Below, one piece after another: positions 23,390 to 30,818 of a stretch of 32,789 bases of DNA (the first letter of the stretch is position 1; the number at the start of each line of letters is the position of its first letter). Below the pieces are notes generated by a model, which ran no database searches, was not told where the DNA came from, and saw only the letters and a program-made list of their open reading frames with translations. The position numbers were made by a program, and so were the translations under genes. The stretch is from Candidatus Woesearchaeota archaeon (GTDB lineage Archaea > Nanobdellota > Nanobdellia > Pacearchaeales > GW2011-AR1), in NCBI GenBank assembly GCA_964622565.1, contig CAZUQL010000002.1, positions 1 through 32,789 of the forward strand. The letters run 5' to 3'.

Positions 23390-23614
23390 ATGGCAACAAA
23401 AACAAAAAAAGTAAAATCATCTGGAAAATTCGGAGCAAGATACGGAAAAAAAGTTAGAGAAAACTTTACCAAAGTAGACTCTAAACAAAGACAAAAACAA
23501 ATTTGTCCTTTTTGCAAAAAACCAGGAGTTAAAAGAACTTCAAAAGGGATATGGAATTGTAAAAAGTGTAATAAGAGATTTGCTTCAGATACCTACTCAC
23601 TCAATATAAAATGA
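23390..23614 (+). CDS. rpl37ae: 50S ribosomal protein eL43 (L37Ae)
   Basis: MATKTKKVKSSGKFGARYGKKVRE...CPFCKK...WNCKKCNKRFA is a zinc-ribbon r-protein. Start moved to ATG 23390 because the track's N-terminal 16 codons lie inside tRNA-Pro. Confidence 0.9.
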   Translation: MATKTKKVKSSGKFGARYGKKVRENFTKVDSKQRQKQICPFCKKPGVKRTSKGIWNCKKCNKRFASDTYSLNIK

Positions 23615-23748
23615 CAGCTTACAAATGTTTCAAATGCGGGAAGAAGACAGCAGAAGAAAAACTTAGAAAAAGATTTGTTTGTCCAAGTTGTGGATGTAAA
23701 ATCTTCAACAAACCTAGGGTAAACTCAAGGAAATTAAAGGCAATTTAA
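23611..23748 (+). CDS. rpoP: DNA-directed RNA polymerase subunit P (Rpo12/RpoP)
   Basis: Hand-found 45-aa ORF: MTAYKCFKCGKKTAEEKLRKRFVCPSCGCKIFNKPRVNSRKLKAI. CxxC...CxxC ribbon. ATGA overlap with the eL43 stop. The eL43-RpoP-prefoldin order is typical of archaea. Confidence 0.8.
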   Translation: MTAYKCFKCGKKTAEEKLRKRFVCPSCGCKIFNKPRVNSRKLKAI

Positions 23749-23749
23749 A

Positions 23750-24067
23750 ATGACTAAGGATTCTCAAATTCAAGAAATGCAATTACTAGAGCAAAATTTG
23801 CAAAACATACTGATGCAAAAACAAGCATTCAACATGGAACTTGCAGAGTCAAATTCTGCACTTCAAGAACTTCAAAAAGCAGGAGAAGAAGTTTACAAAA
23901 TAGTTGGAGGATTAATGTTGAAATCAGATAAATCAAAAGTTTTAGAAGATCTTGAAAACAAGAAAAAGCTTTTTGAATTAAGACTTAAAAATTTAGAAAA
24001 GCAAGAAATTACTTTATCTGAAAAAGTGGACTTAATTAGGCAAGAAATTCTTAAAGAAAGAAAGTAA
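23750..24067 (+). CDS. pfdB: prefoldin beta subunit
   Basis: 105 aa. Two coiled-coil arms around a central beta hairpin (...EEVYKIVGGLMLKSDKSKVLEDLE...). TAAAATG coupling to rpoP. Confidence 0.85.
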   Translation: MTKDSQIQEMQLLEQNLQNILMQKQAFNMELAESNSALQELQKAGEEVYKIVGGLMLKSDKSKVLEDLENKKKLFELRLKNLEKQEITLSEKVDLIRQEILKERK

Positions 24068-24119
24068 ATATATTCAAAACATTAGAAATCTTTATAAATT
24101 CTTTATAATTCGTTTAACC

Positions 24120-24512
24120 ATGGTTTTTGATAAAATAAAAAAAGCACTGTCGCAAAATTCAGATGGATTTCCAGATAATGAATATCTTGAAATTGATTTT
24201 AGCGAGGAAGAAAAAGATAAAAAAGTTTCTGTAAAGTTATTTGTACTTCATGATTATGAAGATGTTCACAAAATTTTAGAGGCAATTCGAGGAGGTTATA
24301 CTATTGTCGTAATTGATATTAAAACACTAAGACAAAAAGACCCTATTGAGTTAAAAAGAGTTATTTCTAAAGTTAAAAAAACAATTGATGCAATTGACGG
24401 AAGCATTGCGGGATTTGGAGAAAATCTTGTAATCGCAACACCTGCATTTGCAGTAATCTCAAAAGATTCTTCTTTAAGAAAAGAACATTCAGACGCAGAG
24501 AGATTTGAATAA
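24120..24512 (+). CDS. sepF: cell division protein SepF (archaeal FtsZ anchor)
   Basis: 130 aa. N-terminal short amphipathic segment MVFDKIKKAL, then a core ...VSVKLFVLHDYEDVHKILEAIRGGYTIVVIDIKTL...IDAIDGSIAGFGENLVIATP matching the SepF/DUF552 fold pattern. Confidence 0.8.
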   Translation: MVFDKIKKALSQNSDGFPDNEYLEIDFSEEEKDKKVSVKLFVLHDYEDVHKILEAIRGGYTIVVIDIKTLRQKDPIELKRVISKVKKTIDAIDGSIAGFGENLVIATPAFAVISKDSSLRKEHSDAERFE

Positions 24513-24513
24513 A

Positions 24514-24750
24514 ATGTTAATAAATGCTTTAGGTTATCCCTTAAAAAGAGGAATCCATGTTGGCCCAGACGTAATAAATAGGCAATCAATGATTTATTCT
24601 ATCGAAGTTGATGGAGATACTTTTTCTGCAAGAGGTTATGATGGTTTTGTGCACATAACTAATTTTGAAGATGCTGCAAAAAATTTTACTCCTCTTTCTG
24701 TTCCATTAAATCAAGTAAGGTTTCTCAATGAATTGGTAGAGATTGAATAA
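24514..24750 (+). CDS. hypothetical small protein translationally coupled to sepF
   Basis: ATG 24514 lies 1 nt after the sepF TAA (TTTGAATAAAATG); the track's 24505 start is a TTG inside sepF. 78 aa, MLINALGYPLKRGIHVGPDV... No family recognised. Confidence 0.5.
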   Translation: MLINALGYPLKRGIHVGPDVINRQSMIYSIEVDGDTFSARGYDGFVHITNFEDAAKNFTPLSVPLNQVRFLNELVEIE

Positions 24751-24780
24751 TCTTAAAAACTCTTTTACCCTTTCTGTTTT

Positions 24781-25395
24781 ATGAAAACTCTTTTCATTCC
24801 AGTTTATTCAACTCAAAAACTCCAGAACCTTAAAATTCTCTCTAAGAAACTTCCAAAAAACATCGCGATTTTTTATTCTGTCCAGTTTAAAACTCAGGCA
24901 GAAGAAATTAAAAATTATTTAAAAAAATCAAAAAGCATCTCTCAATTTTCTCAAATTCTTGGTTGTTCTTCTCCTAAAATTTCCCCGTCGACTAAAGCAG
25001 TTCTCCTAGTCGGATCCGGAAAATTCCACGCATTAGCTTTAAACTTAGAAACCCCCATATTCCTTTTTTCAGATAACAGACTTTCCAAAATTGATAAAAA
25101 AGAATTTGAACACTTGAATAAAAAGAAGAAGGCAGCATATCTAAACTTTTTAAATTCTGAAAAGACTGGAATTCTCATTTCAACAAAACCAGGTCAGCAA
25201 AATTTACAAAAAGCAGTTTATTTCAAAAAATCCTCCCCTAAAAAACAGTTTTATCTTTTTTTGGGAAACAACTTAACTCCCTCAGAATTTGAAAATTTTC
25301 CTGAGATAAAATCGTGGGTAAACACTGCATGCCCAAGGTTATCGGAAGATAATGCGAGAATTGTTAATCTCGGAGATTTGTCAGAATATTTTTAA
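24781..25395 (+). CDS. dph2: Dph2-like diphthamide biosynthesis radical-SAM enzyme, short two-domain form
   Basis: 204 aa. ...QILGCSSP...AVLLVGSGKFHALAL... and ...GILISTKPGQQ...WVNTACPRL... resemble domains 2 and 3 of archaeal Dph2 (LGC... / GSGxFH / ...ACPR). No equivalent of domain 1 is present. Confidence 0.7.
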   Translation: MKTLFIPVYSTQKLQNLKILSKKLPKNIAIFYSVQFKTQAEEIKNYLKKSKSISQFSQILGCSSPKISPSTKAVLLVGSGKFHALALNLETPIFLFSDNRLSKIDKKEFEHLNKKKKAAYLNFLNSEKTGILISTKPGQQNLQKAVYFKKSSPKKQFYLFLGNNLTPSEFENFPEIKSWVNTACPRLSEDNARIVNLGDLSEYF

Positions 25396-25417
25396 AGTAT
25401 TTTATTTCTTCTGATTT

Positions 25418-25775
25418 ATGCTTTTTATTCCTCTTCAAAGCCTGAGAATCTTATTCCCCCCTTTAGATATAAACGGAATAGAAGAATTATTAAAACACCT
25501 CTCTACTTTCCTTCCAATAAACATTCATTATCTTTACAAAACTCATTGTGATTTAAGGCATCGCCCCGAAGATTTATCTGAAATCGCTCCTTAACACATC
25601 TTATTCTCAATTTAGGGGCGCGATTAGATACTTAGAAAATTTAGGGGATTCTTTTCCTTTTGAAACAGAGAGATTGAATGAATGGTTTAATCAATTAATT
25701 TTTATCCCCCTTCCCTCTGAAAAGGTGGCTTGCATTAAAGAATCAATAAGAGATTATTTTGAATCTAAACATTAG
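25418..25775 (+). pseudogene. two consecutive open frames that look like one frame-shifted gene
   Basis: Frame A, 25418-25594: MLFIPLQSLRILFPPLDINGIEELLKHLSTFLPINIHYLYKTHCDLRHRPEDLSEIAP*. Frame B is open 25557-25775 without an early start codon: ...NTSYSQFRGAIRYLENLGDSFPFETERLNEWFNQLIFIPLPSEKVACIKESIRDYFESKH*. Confidence 0.3.
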
Positions 25776-26148
25776 CAATACTGAATACTGTTTTCAAGGC
25801 TACAATTATTGTTGCAGGAACAAATAAAGTAAGCAATGCCCCAAAAACAGAAGTTACAATATCCCCCAGCCCGATTCCAATCAGAGAACCTTTTACACTT
25901 TCCATTCCAAATTTACTAACAATAACTAAAATCGCTCCAGCAACCATAAATGTTTGAGAATCTTTACTTGTAACATTCAAGAAACCTACTGCTAATCCAA
26001 ATATAACCAAAATCGCATAAATCTGTGGACTATGTTGAGTCAAAGCAGGAATTGGAAGCAAAGTTGTCGAAAGCCCTATTAATATAGCTAGTACAACCCC
26101 CACCAAAAATGTCCACGCTCCAACAGAGTTCTCTTTTGATTTAATCAT
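25765..26148 (-). CDS. small polytopic membrane protein (about 4 TM helices)
   Basis: 127 aa, almost entirely hydrophobic helices (WTFLVGVVLAILIGL..., IYAILVIFGLAVGFL..., FMVAGAILVIV..., VFGALLTLFVPATIIVAL). Divergent from the surface-protein gene. Confidence 0.6.
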   Translation of the reverse strand: MIKSKENSVGAWTFLVGVVLAILIGLSTTLLPIPALTQHSPQIYAILVIFGLAVGFLNVTSKDSQTFMVAGAILVIVSKFGMESVKGSLIGIGLGDIVTSVFGALLTLFVPATIIVALKTVFSIANV

Positions 26149-26256
26149 CTTATTAATCGATCTTTATTCTATATAAATGTTTTTACTTCTTCCTTTATTT
26201 ATATTCTTCACAATACAAATATTTATAAACCTGCGTAACTGCGAAATTACAACAAA

Positions 26257-28152
26257 ATGAAAACAAAACATTTCGCATCGTTGATTGCATGTTTATTCTC
26301 AATAATTTTAATTGCAGGATTAGCAAATGCAGCAGTTTTTGAAATGGACTTAATCTCTGTCCCTCAAAACATTTCTCATGATTCTACTTCATTTTCAGTT
26401 TTATTTAATCTAACTTACACCGGAACTTCAAGTTCTATCTCTATTGATTTATCTGATTCCGCTATTAGTGCAGGTCAAGCAACAATTACTTTTGATTCTG
26501 ACCAGGTGAATTTATCTCAGAATGAAGTTAAGGTTTTGAGTGCTACTATTAATTTTAATGCTTATCAAGTAGGAAACATCGCAGGATCTATTAAAGCAGT
26601 TCCTTCTTCAGGAACAGAAATTATCAAAACATTCTCAGTTCCAATCTTATCTTCAAAAGAATTAACTGTAGCAAATGTTGCAGTTTCTTCAGGTTCAACT
26701 GTTGCAAATGTTGCAATAAAAAATTCAGGAAATCAACCTTTATCCAATATTCAATTAACAAAATCCGGAGATTTCTCTGCCTCTTTATCTACCTCCACTA
26801 TCGCTTCTTTAGCCGCTGGAGCATCTCAAACAATTACAGTTACTATTCTTGAGGATTTAGAAGACTTAGAGATAGGAGCAAACACATTGACAATCACTGC
26901 AACAGCTTCAGACGGAACAGCTGATTCAGGTGTTGTATCTGTTAATGGAAAATACTGTAATTATGAAAACAACGGAAATTTAAAGTTAAGTAATTTAGAA
27001 GTAGATGTTAATTCTGGTTACGGAAACAATGAAGAATGGTTTGCATTTGATGAGATTGAAGTTTCATTAGATATTGATAATAAAGGAAACGACGATATTA
27101 AGAATATTGAAATTGAATGGGGACTTTATAATACTGTAACAGGGAACTGGATTGTTGATGACAAAGAAAGTGACTTTGACTTAAAAGATGGAAAAGATAA
27201 ATCTGTAACTTTCACTTTTATTTTAGATAAAGACATTGATGAATTTGAAGATGGAGATTTTGTCTTCTATGTTAAAGCAACTGGAGATGATAAAGAATTT
27301 GGAGGAAACGAAACTTGCGTAAGTGATTCTATTGCAATTGATGTACAAGTAGAAAGCGATTTTGTAATCGCGAGTGATGTTCAGATTGATAACAGCGATT
27401 CTGTTCAATGTGGTTCAACAATTCAAATTTCAGGAGAGGTTTGGAACATTGGTTCAGATGACCAAGATGAAGTATCTGTCGATATTTTCAATAGTGAATT
27501 AGGAATTGACGAACGATTTGATATTGGAGACATCGATGCTTTGGATAGTGAAAAAATGGATATCTCATTAAAAATCCCTTCAAATGCAGAATCAAAAACT
27601 TATTACTTAAGATTACAAGTTGTAGATGAAGACGGCGATGTTTATGAAAATGACTACGATGATGATTTATCTGAATCTTTTTTAGAAATAAAAGTAACTG
27701 GATGTTCTTCAAGTGCTTCAATTGCTTCTATCTCAGCAGTTTTAGAATCCGGCGGAAACCCTGGTGAAGAGTTAGTAGTAAAAGCAACTGTAACAAATAC
27801 AGAGTCATCAACTCAAACTTACACTTTAAATGCAGCAGGTTATTCAAACTGGGCAACATTAGGCCAGGTTTCACCTCAAACATTCACTCTAAGCTCAGGT
27901 CAATCTCAAACAGCTTATGTAACATTAAATGTAAATGACAACGCTGAAGGAGATAAATTATTCTCTTTAGAGTTAACATCTTCAAAAGGAACAATGACCC
28001 AACCAGTTTCAGTTTCAATTAGTTCTGGAAGTTCTGGAATCACAGGAGCATTTATCGGAGCAAATAACTGGTACTTATGGGGAATTGGATTACTTAATGT
28101 AGTTCTTGTAGTAATAATTGTAATTGTAGCAATCAGAGTTGCTAGAAGTTAA
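26257..28152 (+). CDS. secreted cell-surface protein with C-terminal sorting-signal-like anchor
   Basis: 631 aa. N-terminal signal peptide (MKTKHFASLIACLFSIILIAGLANA). Ser/Thr/Asn/Asp-rich beta-type modules of the V.N.G.. kind (VAIKNSGNQPLSNIQL, VWNIGSDDQDEVSVDIFN, VTNTESSTQTYTL). C-terminus ...SSGSSGITGAFIGANNWYLWGIGLLNVVLVVIIVIVAIRVARS. Confidence 0.8.
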   Translation: MKTKHFASLIACLFSIILIAGLANAAVFEMDLISVPQNISHDSTSFSVLFNLTYTGTSSSISIDLSDSAISAGQATITFDSDQVNLSQNEVKVLSATINFNAYQVGNIAGSIKAVPSSGTEIIKTFSVPILSSKELTVANVAVSSGSTVANVAIKNSGNQPLSNIQLTKSGDFSASLSTSTIASLAAGASQTITVTILEDLEDLEIGANTLTITATASDGTADSGVVSVNGKYCNYENNGNLKLSNLEVDVNSGYGNNEEWFAFDEIEVSLDIDNKGNDDIKNIEIEWGLYNTVTGNWIVDDKESDFDLKDGKDKSVTFTFILDKDIDEFEDGDFVFYVKATGDDKEFGGNETCVSDSIAIDVQVESDFVIASDVQIDNSDSVQCGSTIQISGEVWNIGSDDQDEVSVDIFNSELGIDERFDIGDIDALDSEKMDISLKIPSNAESKTYYLRLQVVDEDGDVYENDYDDDLSESFLEIKVTGCSSSASIASISAVLESGGNPGEELVVKATVTNTESSTQTYTLNAAGYSNWATLGQVSPQTFTLSSGQSQTAYVTLNVNDNAEGDKLFSLELTSSKGTMTQPVSVSISSGSSGITGAFIGANNWYLWGIGLLNVVLVVIIVIVAIRVARS

Positions 28153-28153
28153 A

Positions 28154-28369
28154 ATGGTAAGTAGAATAATCACCTATGCTTGCCCTCATTTAAATTCTAT
28201 TAATTCAGCAGAAGGTTTTACCCCCCAAACCACAAGGGGCGAAGTTCTTTTAAGATTGAGCGTTAACTCTATAGGAGATGAAGATGTATTTATTGAGTAC
28301 TGTCCTAAATATAAGAAGGACAACCCTCCTCGTTGTGATCTTCTTAGAAAAGATTGCCCCCTTGTATAA
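28154..28369 (+). CDS. hypothetical 71-aa four-cysteine protein coupled to the surface-protein gene
   Basis: ATG 28154 lies 1 nt after the TAA of the 631-aa gene (TAAAATG). MVSRIITYACPHL...EYCPKYKKDNPPRCDLLRKDCPLV. Three of the four Cys occur as CP dipeptides. Confidence 0.45.
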   Translation: MVSRIITYACPHLNSINSAEGFTPQTTRGEVLLRLSVNSIGDEDVFIEYCPKYKKDNPPRCDLLRKDCPLV

Positions 28370-28431
28370 TTAATCAATCTTATCACCCCAAATTTCCAAA
28401 TCTTTTTAATCTCCAAATTCTTATTTATCTT

Positions 28432-28950
28432 ATGAAACAAACTAATAATATTTTATTTCTCTGTCTTAGATACCTCTTACTTCTTTTAATCGCAGTTCCA
28501 AATTTTTATCTATTTTACAAAATCCTAACTCCGCTAACCTTACAGGTTTCGTATTTTTTACTTAGTTTATTTTTTCAAGTAGAATTAATTAACAACACCT
28601 TAATTATCTCAGAATATTTCATAGATATCATCCCTGCGTGCGTAGCAGCCTCAGCATACTATCTTTTACTGATTCTGAATCTAACAATTCCTATGCAAAC
28701 AAAACAAAGAATTAAATTAATCCCCCTTTCTTTACTCATTTTATTTTCTTTCAACATTGTAAGAATCTTTATTTTCTCAATTCTATTTGTAAATGATTTC
28801 GTCTTCTTTGAAGTGCTTCACTATTTTTTTTGGTATTTCTTAAGCATATTTATCGTCGTTGGCATTTGGTTTTTTGAAACAAAGATATTTAAAATAAAAG
28901 CCATTCCATTTTATACAGATATAAAATTTTTAATTAAACAACTCCGATGA
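28432..28950 (+). CDS. minimal exosortase/archaeosortase-family membrane protein (putative transpeptidase)
   Basis: 172 aa from ATG 28432, polytopic. Ordered Cys (DIIPACVAASAYY), Arg (FSFNIVRIFIF) and His (FFEVLHYFFWYF) embedded in TM helices, as in the exosortase/archaeosortase catalytic-triad layout. Adjacent to a protein with a motif-TM-basic C-terminus. Confidence 0.6.
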   Translation: MKQTNNILFLCLRYLLLLLIAVPNFYLFYKILTPLTLQVSYFLLSLFFQVELINNTLIISEYFIDIIPACVAASAYYLLLILNLTIPMQTKQRIKLIPLSLLILFSFNIVRIFIFSILFVNDFVFFEVLHYFFWYFLSIFIVVGIWFFETKIFKIKAIPFYTDIKFLIKQLR

Positions 28951-29567
28951 TAGCTCTCCTATTTGATTCCTTAACTGAATTTTTTCTTTCTTTAATTGGA
29001 CAAATTGGCTATTTTGGAATATTCTTATTAATGACTATTGAAAGTTCATTCATCCCTTTCCCAAGCGAAGTCGTTTTAATTCCTGCAGGAGCACTTATCT
29101 CCTTGGGAAAAATGAATTTTTTCTTTGTTTTCTTAATGGCGTTGTTGGGTAGTTTAACTGGGGCATTAATTAATTATTTTCTAGCTTTAATCCTTGGGAG
29201 ACCGCTAATTGAATTACTTATATCTAACTACGGAAAATTTTTAGGGCTCTCCTTAAAATCTCTTCATAGATCTGATTTATTTTTTAGAAAAAACGGAGAG
29301 ATAACTACATTCATAGGGAGATTAATTCCAGTAATTCGTCAATTGATCTCTCTTCCAGCAGGGTTTTCTAAAATGAATTTATTCAAGTTCTCTTTATTTA
29401 CTTCATTAGGCGCAGGAATCTGGTCGTTTATTTTAATTTTCTTAGGTTATTTATTTGGGAATAATATCGATTTAATAAAACAAGAATTAAATTTAATAAC
29501 CTGGAGCACCCTCGGAATTTCTTTAATTGTCTTATTGATTTACTTTAAACTTCACAATCGAGAATAA
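28947..29567 (+). CDS. DedA family (VTT domain) membrane protein
   Basis: 206 aa. GYFGIFLLMTIESSFIPFPSEVVLIPAGAL... and ...TFIGRLIPVIRQLISLPAG... are DedA signatures. 4-nt overlap with the upstream gene. Confidence 0.85.
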   Translation: MIALLFDSLTEFFLSLIGQIGYFGIFLLMTIESSFIPFPSEVVLIPAGALISLGKMNFFFVFLMALLGSLTGALINYFLALILGRPLIELLISNYGKFLGLSLKSLHRSDLFFRKNGEITTFIGRLIPVIRQLISLPAGFSKMNLFKFSLFTSLGAGIWSFILIFLGYLFGNNIDLIKQELNLITWSTLGISLIVLLIYFKLHNRE

Positions 29568-30145
29568 ATCTCCTTTAAAACTTCTAAGTCAAATCTTTCT
29601 GTAACCTTTAAAATTTCACAATCGTTTATTCTTAATTCATAACAAAAAGGACTTATTTCTTTAACCTCATTTTCTTCCCCTTCTGTTAGATAAAGATACA
29701 TATAATCTGAATTTTCACTGCACCCTAAACTTTGATTTACTTGTAATGTTGTTCCACGAATCTCTAAAACTTTTTGTAAGTTTCCTACTGAAATAGATCC
29801 GTCTCCATTGCAGTTAAACTCACTTGAACTATTAATAATTGCAACTGGAAGGAAATTTAAATTCCCACTTATCTCCAATTTCACCTCTTTCGCTGTTTTT
29901 TTTGGGTTGCCCCTTAAATAATAACTATATTCTACTGGTTCACCATAATATAAAATCGGGAAAGTCGCTTCATAAAAAACTAAGCTCCCCATACTAACTG
30001 TTTTAAAGTCAATTCCTTCATAGTTAAAGTTTAATCTAGATTGACTAAAATAATAACCTCCAAAAACAAGTAGCACAAGAATAGAAATTCCAATTAATAT
30101 GTATTGTAATTGTTTATTTTGTTCGTCTAATTGTTTCTTGTTCAT
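29552..30145 (-). CDS. N-terminally membrane-anchored extracytoplasmic protein, 4 Cys (paralog A)
   Basis: 197 aa. Basic N-terminus, one TM (YILIGISILVLLVFGGYYF), then a roughly 155-aa Tyr/Asn-rich ectodomain with four Cys. Same architecture as the adjacent upstream gene. Confidence 0.65.
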   Translation of the reverse strand: MNKKQLDEQNKQLQYILIGISILVLLVFGGYYFSQSRLNFNYEGIDFKTVSMGSLVFYEATFPILYYGEPVEYSYYLRGNPKKTAKEVKLEISGNLNFLPVAIINSSSEFNCNGDGSISVGNLQKVLEIRGTTLQVNQSLGCSENSDYMYLYLTEGEENEVKEISPFCYELRINDCEILKVTERFDLEVLKEIYSRL

Positions 30146-30708
30146 TTTAAATTAAAAATTTTATATAAGACTTCATCAGTTAATCTACTTAAATCTTCCT
30201 CTTTTCCTTGGATGAAAATACAATGGTTCTGTTGTTTTATTCCAGAACTTTCTGCCTCTTCTATGATTATCAAGTTATCTTCACAACTTTTTATTGGAAA
30301 TTCTTCTGAACAGGAAAAACCCTCGGGACAAGCATACTGAACTCGGGTTATAAAATATTGTAAATTTCTATAAATTTCTACTTCAGCGTCGCTGTTTTCC
30401 GAATAAATATATAATGGTTTATTTAAATAATCATTGACCCTTAAAGATAAATCTGCTGTTGAATTTGTTTCTAAAGGATTATATAAAAATATTAATGAGT
30501 TGTCTTGAAAGTTAGTTCTCCAATACCCTGAATTATAAACAAATTCATTTCCATTAAATTCTACTTTTTTTTGAGAAGTTTTTTCACTTGTTTGAAAAGA
30601 ATATCCTACAATACTCAAAAGAACCATGGAGACAAGAACAATCCCAATTATGATTTGATTTCGTTTTTGTTTGTTCTGTTTTTCTTTAATAGAATTAATT
30701 CTTCTCAT
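30142..30708 (-). CDS. N-terminally membrane-anchored extracytoplasmic protein, 4 Cys (paralog B)
   Basis: 188 aa. Basic N-terminus, one TM (IIIGIVLVSMVLLSIVGY), ectodomain with four Cys. C-terminal ...LSRLTDEVLYKIF compares with ...VTERFDLEVLKEIY in paralog A. 4-nt overlap with paralog A. Confidence 0.65.
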   Translation of the reverse strand: MRRINSIKEKQNKQKRNQIIIGIVLVSMVLLSIVGYSFQTSEKTSQKKVEFNGNEFVYNSGYWRTNFQDNSLIFLYNPLETNSTADLSLRVNDYLNKPLYIYSENSDAEVEIYRNLQYFITRVQYACPEGFSCSEEFPIKSCEDNLIIIEEAESSGIKQQNHCIFIQGKEEDLSRLTDEVLYKIFNLK

Positions 30709-30781
30709 CTATTAAAAAAATAAAATGACTATAAAAATGTTTTTCTTATAGTTCTCACACTCAAGAAAAAATAAAATAAAT

Positions 30782-30816
30782 AAAAAAAAGAAAAAAAGGA
30801 AAAATAAATTTCCTTT
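30782..30816 (-). terminator. hairpin plus oligo-T terminator candidate after the S-layer gene
   Basis: The minus strand directly after the TAA reads ATAAAGGAAA-TTTATT-TTTCCTTT-TTTTCTTTTTTTT. That is an 8-bp stem (AAAGGAAA/TTTCCTTT) followed by a long T-run. Confidence 0.45.
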
Positions 30817-30818
30817 AT

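Noticed and set aside
23302-23517. 71-aa minus-strand ORF, and the 16-codon N-terminal extension of the track's 23342 ORF
   Set aside because: Both overlap tRNA-Pro (23308-23381). The eL43 sequence begins naturally at ATG 23390.
27223-28440. Minus-strand ORFs 27223-27408, 27488-27721 and 28186-28440 in the surface-protein / 4-Cys region
   Set aside because: They are antisense to better-supported + strand genes, and the products are low-complexity.
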